A stretch of DNA of 64,000 bases from Hormiphora californensis (taxonomy: Eukaryota > Animalia > Ctenophora), in assembly GCA_020137815.1 (NCBI GenBank), contig CM035358.1:2852001-2916000 (forward strand). Direction: 5' to 3'. Numbering within the stretch: position 1 is the stretch's first letter; every line of letters starts with the position of its first letter. Both the position numbers and the translations under genes were made by a program. Of the stretch, positions 39,130 through 57,879 are shown piece by piece. Below the pieces are notes generated by a model, which ran no database searches, was not told the origin of the DNA, and saw nothing but the letters and a program-made list of their open reading frames with translations.

Positions 39130-41812
39130 TCTAAGCTGCCGTGACCTGTTAGCTCTTAGATCACTATGTTCAATGTAGCGGACAGCACAGCTCAATGTGA
39201 AAAGAGAGCTATAGATGGGTAGAGGGGTAGTCGAGGGAAGGTTGGGGAGGAGATCCAAGCTTTAAAGTCTATACTATAGACTCTATAGCTTACCTACGAG
39301 GTAGAGAGATGGGGGAGACCGGACAGAGAAAGTTATGAAAAGTACTTGGTGGTTCACTTTTTATGAGAGAAGGTATGATGGATGAATTGGATAACGTAAA
39401 TTATGGATAGAATAAACGAGTATAACGCCTAACCAGTAAGGGTTAAAAACCATGCATTTTACTGATTTTGTCATAACCAGACTCTATATTTTGATTTCAA
39501 ATCATGGGGAGAAGACATGTGACATGCTTGGAAGGAAAAAAATAGGGAGGCCAGGGAGAGAGGCAGAGAGAGAGGAAGAGAGAAATAGAGAGAGAGAGAG
39601 AGATAGAGAGATAGAGAGATAGAGAGATAGAGAGATAGAGAGATAGAGAGATAGAGAGATAGAGAGATAGAGAGATAGAGAGATAGAGAGATAGAGATAG
39701 AGATAGAGAGTGAAAAAGAGAGAAAGAGAGAGAGATGATAAGTTGTAGTGAGATGGATTCACGTGGTCCGCTTGCTTTGTGGCTAACTTGTGACCCGAGA
39801 ATATGACAAATGACTCCTGTGATGTAGGGCGAAGATTGAGTTATTTTACGAAAATGATAGCCAAAGATTTAGAGTTTGGTGAAAAATACAAAGGGAAAAA
39901 AAAGGGCGGGGTTCTTTTTTGGGGGGTTTTTGGGGGGGGTTTTGGGGTTTTTTTTTTTTCCCCAACCCTTTTCCTCGGGGGTTTTTCCCCCCCTTTTTTT
40001 TTTCATTTTTTTTAAAAATTTTTCCCCAAAAGCCCCAAAAAAAATTTTTTTTTTTTCCCCCCCCCCTTTTTTTAAAATTTTTTTTTAAAAAAAAAAAAAA
40101 AAAAAAGGGGGGGGGTTTTTTTTTTTTCCCCCTTTTTCCCCCCCCCGGGCCCTCCGGGGTCCCCTTTTTTTGGGGCCCCGTTTGGGGTTTCCCCCCCCCC
40201 CTTTTTTTCCCAAAATTTGGGGTTTTTTTTTCCCCCAAAATACTTGCCCGGTTTAAATCCGCATCTTCCCCTCCATTTTTTAAAACAAAGGGGGAGAGGG
40301 AAGAATTTAAAACTTTTAAAAAAAGGGAAAAGGGGGGGTAAAAACCTTTCCCCGGGGGCCGACTGACGAGACCAGGTAATAATTTTAGGTTTTTCCCTTT
40401 CTCACAAAAGAAACCGTCCCCCATAATAAAAACTCCCATTTTCAGGGGATTTGTACTTTCCCAAAAAAATTCCCCATTTACGCCGGGGGGGTTTGGTTGT
40501 TTTAGGGTGGGTTTCACGGGATTAATTCAAGTAAGGTCTTCGGATTTATTGTGGCCCAATAAAGCGCCCTTTCCCAATTGGTATTTGGGGGGTTAATTTT
40601 TGGCTTAATGATTTTTATGACGGGGCAATTTGGGATGTTATTGGGCTGTAGGGAGATTGGTGGTAATTGATTTTAGAGGAAAATGGGTTTAAATTAGGCC
40701 CATGGGGGTTAGGGAATTGGATTGGCTGTATGGCCTATTGATTTGCATAGAAATAAGAGAAAAGGAGGATTCCCATTATTGTGGGAAAAAGGGTCAAAAA
40801 AAAGTTATCATGGAGAGGTGGAAAAAAAATTTGAAAAAGATTTGGAAAGAACCCCCTATTTAAGCTCTATAGTAGCGTGTGTAAGCGTAAGAAGCTACAG
40901 GATACAGACCCGGATTGTCTCTCAAGCCTCCAGCTTACGCTCTCACTGCAGGTCGTTATTAAACTTCTATAGCCTATAGCTCATCTCTCTCTCTCTCTCC
41001 CTCCCTCTCTCTCTCATTCATCCTCTATCTGCATGCTCTCTCTCCCAACACACCCTCCCTTTCTCCCAGGATGATCAAAGCTGTTAGAGATAAACGGAGC
41101 TTTGCCCATGGGAAAAAATATCAGAGAGATCTGGGTATAATTGTGAGGAAGAAAACTGAAAATGGAGTACAGGTAATTCTGCCATTCTTTTCTGCGTAGT
41201 GATAAGGGTCAGTTGATTGTTCATGTCAGTCAATTATAAGGAATGATGTCGTAACCAACAAGGATACTGGGGAGGGGGGGAAAAGAACATTCAGAGACGA
41301 CTATATCCCCGGGAGATATTTGACCGCGATTTTAATTGCGTGCTCTCTATCATGTGCCCCATATAATAGTGTGGTCTAATATGAGATAAATCCTATATCG
41401 GGTCAGGGCGTATTCGTTTGCATGCAGGGATTACGAGCCATTTAATCGTTTGTAATCTACAACACGTGCAGTTAGGTCAGTGAGAGAGGGGAGAGAGAGA
41501 CAAATAGATGTAGAAAATTAGAGATCGGTGAGAGAAAAAGAGGGGCTTGGTGAAGATCGGGGAGGAATCTTGAGAGATCATGATACACATAGTTGGCTGA
41601 AAGCCTTCCAAACCACTCTGCCACATACTTTGAATTCCTGTCTTTAGAAAAGCAGCCAGATAGTGGGACAAAATGATGATGGCATGTTGCCTCGCTCCAT
41701 GATGGCATTGATAGTGGTAGACTACCGGTGTCTGTCTTTTAATGTCTGCAGTCTTCCAGCTCTATCACGTGAAGTCACTGTTCTCCTTCCTATTCCCTTT
41801 GTCGTATTTCTA

Positions 41813-41892
<80 letters not shown>

Positions 41893-42634
41893 CCTCTCAT
41901 CCAGCCATATACTGTCCCTAGATCTCGGTTCTGACATCAGTCATTGTTTGACAGGGGTTACGTTTCACACAAACAAACAATCAATGATTGTCACGTGCCT
42001 GTCATCACGGCCCAATCACCGTTATCCTCGGTGATCACGTGACATGTACAATGACCAATCAGTGCGAAGATCTGCCTGTCACGTGTTGTTTATGTTACAG
42101 TAGGGAAAAGTCTAATTGGGGAGAGAACCGAGGAAAAAAGAAGGGAACGAAATTTAAAAAAGAGGGAAAGGACAAGGATAGCCGTGGAAGATAGAGAGAG
42201 ATAAAGAGGAGAGATAAAGAGAGGATAGAGAGAAGGAGAGAGAGGGAAGTGAGGTTGATCTGGATCAATTCCGTCGGAAGAAAATTGCGGGAATTCTTGG
42301 ATTCCGATCGAATTATGGCTTTAGTTTCCATTTGCTATAATAGGAATAGAACTCTCCAGAAAATAATAAACGGGCTTCAGATAGACAGAAATGCGAAGAG
42401 TTGCAACACTAACGATGAATTTTGTCTATTGTCTAACATGCACAGTTTCTTGGGGGGAAATTTTGGTTTTGATATCCCGTATCCTCGATCTCCCATTCCC
42501 GCATCCTCTCTCACACTCTCAGAATCAGATTCACTTTTGTCGGCCCACCACAACAATGACATGGAATGGAATGCCAAGAATTCCACCACAATCGCTCCTT
42601 TTTGTCTAATATAGCTTCACGGGAGCTTCACCCT

Positions 42635-42766
<132 letters not shown>

Positions 42767-45150
42767 TCTCACTCCCTCTACCCCTTATGACAACCACCGA
42801 CCACCACCACTACCATGTCAAGTGTTTATAGGGCTCAGGGTAAAAGCTTGCACGTCAAGGAATCCCCTACACGCGTCAGATCCAATTTGCATTTGATCCT
42901 GATCTCTCACCTCAATTGTGCAATCAATTAGATATCTGCAGGCCAAAAGATCAATCGTGTACCAGCTAATCTCGGCCTTTTGTACAAGGTCCTGTTGATC
43001 TAATACCAAAACTTTCCCTTGTGATATTCCGATCAGTAGAAAGATCGAGAAGAGTGGTCTTTTTTTCTAGAAACTACATGGGAGAATCGGGGTTCAGGGG
43101 GGCTCATAATGACCGCAACATGCATCAGGGGATTATATTGCTCGGATTATAAATTGGGAAGGTATCAGGGAAAGTGGGGAGCTCACAAGAGAAAATTAGC
43201 TTGGGCAGAGAGAGAGATAGAGGGAGAGAGATAGAAGAAAAAGAGATGGTAAAGATCCCATGTAGCTACAGAGAGTTACTGCAGAGAGAGGAGGTGGAGG
43301 GTAAAGAACTTGGGATGGGAGTTAGGACGAGAATTATAGTTATGAGATAAATAGGGGCAGTCATGAGATCATGAGGGGGGGGGCTGGAGAGGACAAATAA
43401 AAAGATGCGGTCGAAAAAGAAAATTCGCTTTTCTCCCCGAAAATTCGCATTCCTTCACAAAATCCCAATAGGCCATGTCTGTCTCAAACTGTGTTTTCAA
43501 GTTGCAACACAAACATTTCCAATTTACAGGAAACTAACCCTCATTAACTGGATTAGTTTACAAATCAACGATTTTGTCGCAAAATGTCAAAAGAAACTGA
43601 AAGATTTTGCTACAGGAGACCATGCGAGAAGATCCATCATAAGATAGGAGAATAAAATGATTTGTTATGATAGCAAATTTATATGGTGAGCTCCGATCGT
43701 CCCTAAAACCCTAAATAGCATGTTTATATAGACTGGGTCATGCGAGAGATGAATAGTTATTATAGTGCCGGATACGATGATAAATCCTTCGAGAGAAAGG
43801 GTGAGAGAGAGATAGAGAGAGATAGAGAGACTCGAGTCTATTCCAGTAGCTTGTAGAAAACAAACAATGGTGCTCGAGGAGGAGGGTATAATATAAACAC
43901 TGTAGGAGCTATCTTTAGTGTAAACATTGGGAATCAGGCGAGAGCTGGTGTTGTTTATAGATTCATTTATTTTGTTTGCTCTGTAAACTTCGCTTGACCT
44001 CTCTCCGACACTCAACAGCTCCAGTGCCCAGTCTTCAACAACCCCTGTCACGTCTCCAACATCAGCTCTCCAGATTCCAACAGCTCCAGTCACTAACAAC
44101 TCTTCTGCGGACTCCATCAATTCCAGTCTCCGACAGTTCTCCAACAGCAGTAGCTCTATTTGGACATGTTGTCTCAACAATTATCAGATCAGTGTTTTCA
44201 TGGCCAATATGTAGGACGTTCTTCAACTATCTGTGTACCTCTCCACCTCGTATCAAACACCTGTAACCCACTTCTTAACTTCAACAACTGTTTGTGGTTC
44301 TACAACTGTGCTACTCAGACTAAAGAAACTTGATTTTCAGGAGCAAATTGTAACTTTCCGGAGCAACTCTTCTAACTTTCGGTATTATACCTGATCAAAA
44401 TATGGAAATTTTGGAGATATCAGCTCACTATAATATCCCCTCCTGCTATAACAGGTCTATCAGCTCATTATTATGCGGAATGATCTTGAAAGAGAATAAT
44501 TTTCAATCATCTGACCCAATGATCTCACTACCCAGATTTAACAATATTCTCGCTCCTCCTCCTGAGCTCCCTGCATAGTTATAAAGTTTTAACTTAACTT
44601 GAAAACGACATACGCAGTTCCAGAATCTCACGACCCCCCACCCCTCTAACTATAGTGGAATCCCAGGGGAGGCCTTCTTCTTTTCCCTGGCGTGATATAT
44701 TATATAACATCCCAGTCCCGCTAAATAATATATATTTCTGATCCAGGGGGCTCTCAATTGTCCATTGTTGGTATATAACCAGGAGATGATGGGTGGGTGT
44801 GATCCAGGGTAGTGTGTTTAACCAGCTTGGGGGTTACAGACTGGACCTTTCATTTGTCTCATGCACCACTTCCGTGTCTCCCCCACCCTCGTTACAATCC
44901 ATACAGCTCTGGTGAGAGAGGGTCCTGGGAGGGCAGCAGCAGGGAGAGAGGTCACGTGACATGCAGCAGGGAGATGGGTCACGTGATCAGATAGATTGTC
45001 ACGTGGGTTGCGCGTGAGCACACGCCTAATGAGGTGGAGGGGTAAGGGGTGCAGGGGGAGACAGAGAGAGAGAGAGAGAGGTATTTTACCCAGTTCAATC
45101 AACGTTGTTGCTCTTATACACATCAATCCAGATCTATCTATCTTGTGTAA

Positions 45151-49219
<4,069 letters not shown>

Positions 49220-51214
49220 AGTCCTCCATGCAGGAGCTTTGACCCCGTCAGAAGAAAGAAGGACTGACTATAGTTGATCAGATTTAGTAGACGGCTGCAA
49301 AGATGCTGAATGCAAGAGAGAGTTTAAGATCGTAAAAGAGAGACCGCGTCAGAGAGATAGATGATCAACACGTGATATAAAAGGACAATTTGGATACCAT
49401 GTATCCCCCCAAAACCCCGGCCGCGAACGAGAGTGTTTTTGAGCGAAACAAATTGCAATATTTGTGTGTTGGAATGATATTTTAAGCGAATGAAAACACA
49501 CACTTTTTAATCAAAGATATATTTAGCGAAATGAAAAGCAGAGGAAGCTATTAATTTATGAGATAGAGAGAGAGTGGAGATCGTTTTTATATATGGCTCG
49601 TTTATCGCCCGGTGCGAAGGCCTTGAAAATTCGTAGCAATTCGGAGGTGATCGATATAGATGACTCGAGAGTTTTAACAGAATTTTATATAACGTAACTT
49701 TATACACATTTCGTACTTAAGAACTTTATTTATACCGCGAATCTACCAAAATATGGTGATCGCACCTTAAATTCTACGAGTTTTCTAATTCTCTGATATT
49801 CTAGAAAATAATCTCTACTGAATCATATCTCCAATTCACAAGAGTTCCACTCATATACCAGTAAAGACTATTTTCTACTCCGAGTCCGACGGTACGTTCT
49901 ACAGTTCGGTATTTGTCACTGTCACTCTTGATCTGCCGACCCCTCACAGTGTGAGCTACACAATTCCGACTGTTCCACAGCTCTGTAGTATTTGTCAGTG
50001 TCACTCTCATGACAATGACAGCTCTATGAGCTCGGGATTGATAAGTGATCTAGTACCAAAACTTTGGTATTTCCCATCACACAATAAGAATTATAGGGGT
50101 CGGGGCGACCTGGATCGGATAGAAAATCTAATCACACTGGAGAGGGATCAGAGGGATGAGAGATGAGAGAGAGAAAGAGAGATGAGAGAGTGAGATGGGG
50201 AGAAAGAGAATCGAGTTGCTGGATGAGGCAAGCAATAGCTTGGGGGAATACTACAACTACACAAACGATAATCAGATTATAGGATAGAATTGCGGCGCCG
50301 GCTCCATATCATGACGGCCCAGTTCTTCTCTCCACAAGTCCGACCTCTGAGAAATGTGGGAAAATCTCAACTGATAGGGGGTGGGAGAGAAAATTAGGGG
50401 AAGCTACTACTATACAGAATCTGATCAAATCACAATTCCGGTTGATCGATGTATTTTGTGGGAAGAAAATAGGCGGGGTTTCACGGGCCATGGGAATTTT
50501 CTGGCGGATTGCGGTATGTGAGGGTATCATTTAAGGAACTTTATTCCAACTTGTAACTATTGCACGTCCAGTTTAGGAATCGACGATTCCGAATCGAATT
50601 AATCGGAATTGGAATGTTTCCAGGAAAGCGTTCCTACATATTTCAATGTTCCATAGTTTATGTGTAAATCACTGGTAGTGAACGCTAAGCCTAATTAGTT
50701 TCAACCATGATCATGGTAGTGACACGTGTAATCACATGGTCCCCAGTGTTTTTGATGTGTGTGATGACGTCTTTACTGACAGCTAATAGCTGTCAGCTTG
50801 TAGTGACGTCATCATGTGTGTTTTTAATGAGTGTTTGACGTTTGTGTCGCAGTGACGTCATAGTTAGGCTATCATGTGTGTTTTTAATGCGTGTTTGACG
50901 TTTGTGTCGCAGTGACGTCATTAAAAACTGATAGCTAGGCCATCACAGACGATTACCTAAACAAACACACTCCCCCTGGATCACCAGTGCGTAGCGGACT
51001 CTCGGGACTAATGGCTTGTGACAGGTCGAGAGAGAGAGGGATATTATTAGAAGTTCAGTGGGACTGTCGCTAAAGAAGTTAAACAAACAAACTCGGGGAT
51101 AGATTTGGAAACTGTTATAGAACTAGAAACACGACATTAGACTGAGACATGGACAACCGAATATGGGAAACACTGACAGATACTGGTAGATGGGAATGCT
51201 AATTTGATCAATGC

Positions 51215-52128
51215 AGAGACAGACAGAGACAGACAGAGACAGACAGAGACAGATAGAGACAGACAGATACAGATAGAGACAGACAGAGACAGATAGCGAC
51301 AGACAGAGACAGACAGAGACAGACAGAGACAGACAGAAAGACAGTCTGTCTCTGTCTGTCTCTGTCTGTCGCTATCTGTCTCTGTCTGTCTCTATCTGTC
51401 TCTGTCTGTCTATCTCTGTCTGTCTCTGTCTGTCTTCCTATCTCTGTCTGTCTCTTTATGTCTTCCTATCTCTGTCTGTCTCTTTATGTCTTCCTATCTC
51501 TGTCTGTCTCTGTCTTTCTCTGTCTTTCTCTGTCTGTCTCTGTCTCTGTCTCTGTCTCTGTCTCTGTCTCTGTCTTTGTCTATGTCTCTGTCTCTGTCTC
51601 TGTCTTTGTCTCTGCCTCTATCTCTGTCTTTCTCTGGCTTTCTCTGTCTGTCTATGCCTGTCTCTGTCTGTCTCTGTCTGTCTCTGCCTATCTCTGTCTG
51701 TCTCTGTCTCTATCAGTCTCTGTCTGTCTCTGTTCTCTGTCTCTGTGTGTCTCTGTCTGTCTCAGGTCTCTGTCTCTGTCTCTGTCTCTGTCTCTGTCTC
51801 TGTCTCTGTCTCTGTCTCTGTCTCTGTCTCTGTCTCTGTCTCTGTCTCTGTCTCTGTCTCTGTCTCTGTCTCTGTCTCTGTCTCTGTCTCTGTCTCTGTC
51901 TCTGTCTCTGTCTCTGTCTCTATCTCTGTCTCTGTCTCTGTCTCTGTCTCTATCTCTGTCTCTGTCTCTATCTCTGTCTCTATCTCTGTCTCTTTCTCTT
52001 TCTCTATCTCTGTCTTTCTCTGTCGCTGTCTTTCTCTGTCGCTGTCTTTCTCTGTCTTTCTCTGTCTTTCTCTGTCTGTCTATGTCTGTCTGTCTCTGTC
52101 TGTCTCTGTCTGTCTCTGTCTGTCTCTA
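51215..52128. repeat. Compound AGAC/GTCT and TCTCTG microsatellite with a foldback centre near 51343
   Basis: (agacagagac)n followed directly by its reverse complement, then a long (tctctg)n tract. Confidence 0.9.
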
Positions 52129-53686
52129 TGTTTTTAGGGTCGTGTGATTCGGTTGTGTCTGTTTTTCTAACTCTATAATCTTCTCCCATGTGGGTATGTT
52201 TTATGTAATTATGTCAACGTTTCCATCTACCAATTCTTCTTTCACAGAAAGGAGAGTAGAAGAAACATCACCCCGAGTATCGGTATGAGCGGTAGGATAA
52301 CATGGTGTAACCTGGTGTAACATATGTGCCAATTGCTCTGTTTACATGCGTCAAACTAGTACAAAACATAAACATGTTTGTCTTATATTGCTTTTGTTTC
52401 GCTTTTGAATCGTGACGTCATACTGTCATAGTATGATGTCATACGGCCTAACCAGTGATCCATCTGAACCTCTTTGAAAACTGAAATCATTTGAAATTGC
52501 TCACCAAGAAGAGGTGCATCTTCTTCGAATTTTATGGTGAAAACCAGTAACCAATAAACCACCATCACACGGTGAGAAAGCGCTAACCACGTGACCAGAC
52601 TAGTGCGCATTTTTCCGCACATATCACGTGGTCACACTGGGATGTTTATCTAACCATTTTCACAGTGTCACGTGACCAACAAGTTGGTTTGTCCGTTCCC
52701 TTCCGGTCCGTGTACATATGGGTGTGTGTGTGTGGGTGTCGGAGGACATGTTAGATAAACAAGAGGGAAAACCCAGCTCCATGCACTCCGTTCCACGAAG
52801 AGGAAGAGTGAGAAACTAGGTCACAGCTGGTTAGGGTTATAGGAGGAAACTATAGGTCTAGTTTCCTCTGCTAGTACTGAATAAGGTGCCATGGAAAGTG
52901 GGGGTAGGGCTATTATAACTGTCCATAATGCAAATTAGAGGGATTGTCTGTTGGCTCTGGCAAGGGCTGTGATTATACCAGGTATACCACCAGGTATCTG
53001 GTATTGACATTGACCAGCTGCGGACCCAATTTGGGGAACTTAGCTTCCCTCTATCGTAACCCCTTCGACGAAGAAGAAGGTCGGCTGCGAATAGAATCAG
53101 AACCCAGGCGTGTTTTCCTGATCCTATAATGAGTGATATATTGCTGAGGTGGATAAAAGAGAATTCAGTATAGCTGCCTGTCTTTGACTGATTTAATCAG
53201 CCCTCTCTCCCGCCCTAGCTTTCCTCCCTGCCACAGAGCCCGATATTTGCTTCCTCAAAACTTTAAAAAAGCAAGGACCTTTAAACCCCCTTTGAGTGTT
53301 AACCCCTTCCCTTCCTCTACCAACGATCTATCTAACAAGATCATATCACTAGGTTGACAAAAAGGAAAGAGATCAGCCGATATATGACGTGTGGTTGATC
53401 CTCGACGGCGACTGAGGAGACGGCCAAATGGTGCCTCAAGAATCACAACTCAACTCAGATCAGATCAGGTGATGTGGTTAATAAAGTGAATAACTTGTAA
53501 GTAACTTTTCTACTTCCAGGCTGATTAGAAAAAACTTATAGAGATGGAATCATATTCACGGTCAAATCCCAAATCTCCGGATCGAATAAGATTCTTTCGG
53601 GTTTACCTACTTCATCCTTCATAAGAGATCTTTACTGATTTCATGATTACTCATGCAACTTTTTAACAGCCATCATCGCTGCATCA

Positions 53687-53804
<118 letters not shown>

Positions 53805-54280
53805 ACCCCCTCTCGCTCACCCACTTTCTCTCTTTTCCTATCTTTCCATCTCTCTCCCAATACCCCTCATTTCCACATCCTATTTGAGTAAATGCTCTTG
53901 GTTGTAACACACCTCGTGACCCAATAACCACGTGACATTTTTACACGTACGGGTAAAGGAAAAGAGATCACGTGACAATCTGATCACGTGACCCCTCTCT
54001 CATCTCACCATACCATCTGTTACGACAATCTGAACGAGATGTAGTATCATGCACCACATCATATGGCCCCCCAATATACTTGATACCTCAGCTGTTTGTG
54101 GAGCAATGCAAATATTGTTCCCCCGGCCTCTCTGAAAAACAAACCATGAGCATAATATTTGTACTGTATTCATTGTTTGTTGTCTTTTGAAAGAGAGAGA
54201 AAGAGAGAGAGGTAGTGAGATATTATTGTTATTGTTTTGATAATGCGTGGCCGTGAAAAAACACAAACCTGCCCCAGGTC

Positions 54281-57200
54281 ATGACGTCAGCCAGACTTGA
54301 TGACAACTCCCCCGTTGCAACTCTGGGTCATCTCCATCACCATTTGAAACATGAAATCAAGCCAGAGATAATATCCTCCCCTCCACCCTCGGAACCAACA
54401 ACTGTACTGCCCCTGTCACCTAGCCAGGGTGACGGAAGTGGGTCCAGGGTCCTGTCACCGGGTCTTGGTGGTGGACAACCACTTTATCTGACTCCTGATT
54501 TGTATGGAGCTGCTAGGGATGGATCTTTGGTCCCACCGCCCTACCATCTTAACATGCATCCCAGCAATGTGGTAGGTTGGAACTGGATAGTTATTGACAT
54601 CCTCGTTGGACGTTGGGGTCTTTCAACTGTGAACTGCAGATTTGGGTATGGAAAATCCACCCAATATGCCATCATGATCATGTGTGTGTGTGTGTGTGTT
54701 TTCCAGGCCTTATACTTCTGTAGTAGAAGATTTCTTGATACCCCGGGAGTCGTTGCCAAATCAGAGTGATCATTCAGCAAATTGTCCCCAGTTGCTTTGC
54801 AAAGATAGGCCCACGTGATGATTCGCGTTCAAGGAGATTTAGAGAGAGAGGGAGAGAGGGAATGGAGAGAATTAGAGGGAGAGGGAATAGAGAGAAGGAG
54901 AGAGAGAGAGAGAGAGAAGGAGAGAGAGGGAGAAGGAATAGAGGGAGAGGGGAGAGAGAGGGCAAAGAATTAAAGCTATTTTCAAGTGGGGCATGATACC
55001 TGGATAATTCTCCCACGGCCAGTGACGTTGGTTGAACGCTAAGAAACCCCCTTCCCCAAGGGAGAGGGAGAGAGAGTAAAAAATAGAAGCTCCGGCCATA
55101 TTGCATTCCAAGTTAATCCCAGCAGGCTCTAGCTTTCAATCTCTCCCGCTTTTCTCTCTCTCTCTCTCTCCTAAGCTATCACTTTTCTTATTGGTCCTCA
55201 GCCGAGTGCCCGGGGAAGAGAAAACAAGAAAAAATGGAACCTAACTCTGACTAGGCCATAACGCATTTGCAAATCCGTCTAGGACCTGGAATTTTAGCTC
55301 CAAATATCAGGCCATAGTTTAACAAAGCTAATGGAGTCTCTAAATAAACCCCGACAAGCACTTGGTGCCCACATTGGAGTTTTAGGGAGTTAGGGATGAG
55401 TATTGAGTACTACCCAATGGGTACCCTACTACCAGAATGGCAGGGATGTTTAGTGTAATGCTACTCAGAACTCCCCAAGTTCTCTCTCCATACTCTCCAC
55501 TCCTTATCCTAACCCTAACCCTCTCTCTTCAGCAAGTGGGATGGTGCCCCACCAACAGAACGTCCCCTACCACAGCCGCCATGCTCCTTCCTCACCCCAG
55601 CGCGGTGGCCAGTGCAGCAGACACCTACATGAGCTACTTCAATCAGATCATACCACCCGTAGCAGGGAGCTATCTGAGCAGCATGGGGGAGGCAGTGGAG
55701 TATCGTGATTTAGGGGTCGAGGGATTCCACCAGTTTGCAGATATGCACCGGTGTGGACCGCCACCTAAAGGTGAGATTCATGGGTGAAATTTGAAGGGAG
55801 GGGGGGGGGTTTAGTTACATGAGGGCATAGGGGGGGGGGGCAGCTGTGCATTAATTTAACGTAACGCACGATGCAAGTTCAGTGTTCAATATCTGAATTT
55901 ATTTTCAAGGAAGTAAGAGTAGGAACCGACCACGAGCCTCCTCTGCTTCCAGCTCCAAGTCACCCTACTCCTACATTGCTCTAATTACCATGGCAATCAA
56001 AAACTCACCAGAGAAAAAGTAAGTTACAGTTGTTTTCAGAAAAACCTACAAACACATTTGCTCCTTCATAAAGATAAATACGGTTCTTTGCTCCTTCATA
56101 AAACTAACTAATCACTGAGGGTTCTACAACAGGGTATGACTCCCACAACCACTATATAGCATAAATCATGGTACTATCCGATATATATGGCAAAGAGCAA
56201 AATGAAACTACTAGTCATGTTGAGAGAGTGAGGGGGAGGATAAAATAGCTTGATTCATATTTACCTATGGAACTTAATTTTGTTATTCTAACTCAATGTA
56301 AACATTGGCTTCTTGTCTCTCTCCATATACCCTCCATTCCCTTCATCATCATCTTGCATGTATCCCCCTCCCTCCTCCTACACTTCAACCTGTTCCCACG
56401 ACTTGAGCCCTGTGCATGGGGGTAACCAGGGTAACCGATGGGTTTCTACAAGCAGCATCACGTGATCACCTCTCGACCAATAGGAGGGGAGCATTTTCAA
56501 TGATGATTGTGTTCGTGCTCCAGTATGAATAAAGCTCTTTAATAAAATTATCCAGCATTGGAGAGTTGAGGTGAATTAGGTGAGGGAGAGGGAGGGAGAG
56601 AGAGAAGGAGAGTGAGAGATGGAGAGTGGGGGAGAGAGGGGAAGATATTAAAAGGAAGAGAGAGCGAGAGGTTAAGAGCGAGAGGGAGTTGGCAAGCGAA
56701 AGTATCAATCAAAAGTGGGAGAGCTGTTGAATACTTGAGTGTTCTTTTTACCAGAAAATTACAGCAAGATCTAATATCGTTACCGTAAATTTTAGTTTTG
56801 GCACAAGCTTTCAAGTAGTTTTCAACTGAACAATTTTACAACAAGTTAACAAGCCACTAAACAGACGGGAGGTCATCACCCGGTGCACACACAACACACA
56901 GAGCTACTATCATCTGGAAACAAAAACACGATATGTTTTCATGGTCTCCCCTCACGTACAATGTTATCCTTTCATTGTTTTCCTATCCCCCTAGCAGTGT
57001 ATTTGTTTGTATCCAACACACACCCACCCACACTGTGATTATTCAATCCATCATCATGTGTGCCTCTCTCATACTGTGTTTATCCAAAGTGATGTTTGCC
57101 TAAGTCCTGTTTAGTTATCAAAGTGTTCAGATTATCACTGGTTGGTTTTCGTTTGTACCTAGCATTCATTGAATTCACAAATGAGTTGGTATGCTCTATC

Positions 57201-57799
57201 TCTTATCCGTCGACAGCTGCAGTTGTTCAATTTAGACGTGTGCCTTTAATCATTTATTCTTGACAGTATATTATGTAATCTGGGACCTCTGTTACACCCC
57301 TATCAACAATAGTACCATGAACCTTGGGACCTTGGGATGACTGCTTTGAGCAAGTTTAATCCTTGACCCATTTCAGGCTGACCCTGGCTCAGATTTATGA
57401 GTTCATTATGGAGAAGTTTCCATACTACAAGGACAATAAACAAGGATGGCAGAATAGTATTAGACATAACCTGTCTCTAAATGACTGCTTTGTAAAGGTA
57501 GGAAACATCACCTTTGTTTTTTTCCTCGTCTCGGTTTAGATATCATTGAATTTGAGAAGATCGGGAAAAGATGAAACCATTGTGATTGTCCACCAAGAAA
57601 TGTGTGTATCAGTTTGCTTCTGAAGTACTATAAAAAGTAATATTTGCCATGTTTGTCTACCCAAATAAATTCTACCCAACAAGTGGTGTTGAATGGTTCA
57701 TTTTCACCATTACCCTTTATCAGTGGACACATTTGTCAGTGAGTGTATACACCAGGAAGTGTTCTCGAGTTAAACAAACAACATCGGCACACTCCCCCA

Positions 57800-57879
<80 letters not shown>

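Noticed and set aside
39880-40860. Homopolymer-rich region with K/F/G/P-rich ORFs
   Set aside because: Typical degraded-trace sequencing artefact; the ORFs are compositional noise.
43665-44266. Ser/Thr-rich ORFs upstream of Fox1
   Set aside because: No recognisable domain or convincing splice connection; possibly 5' UTR.
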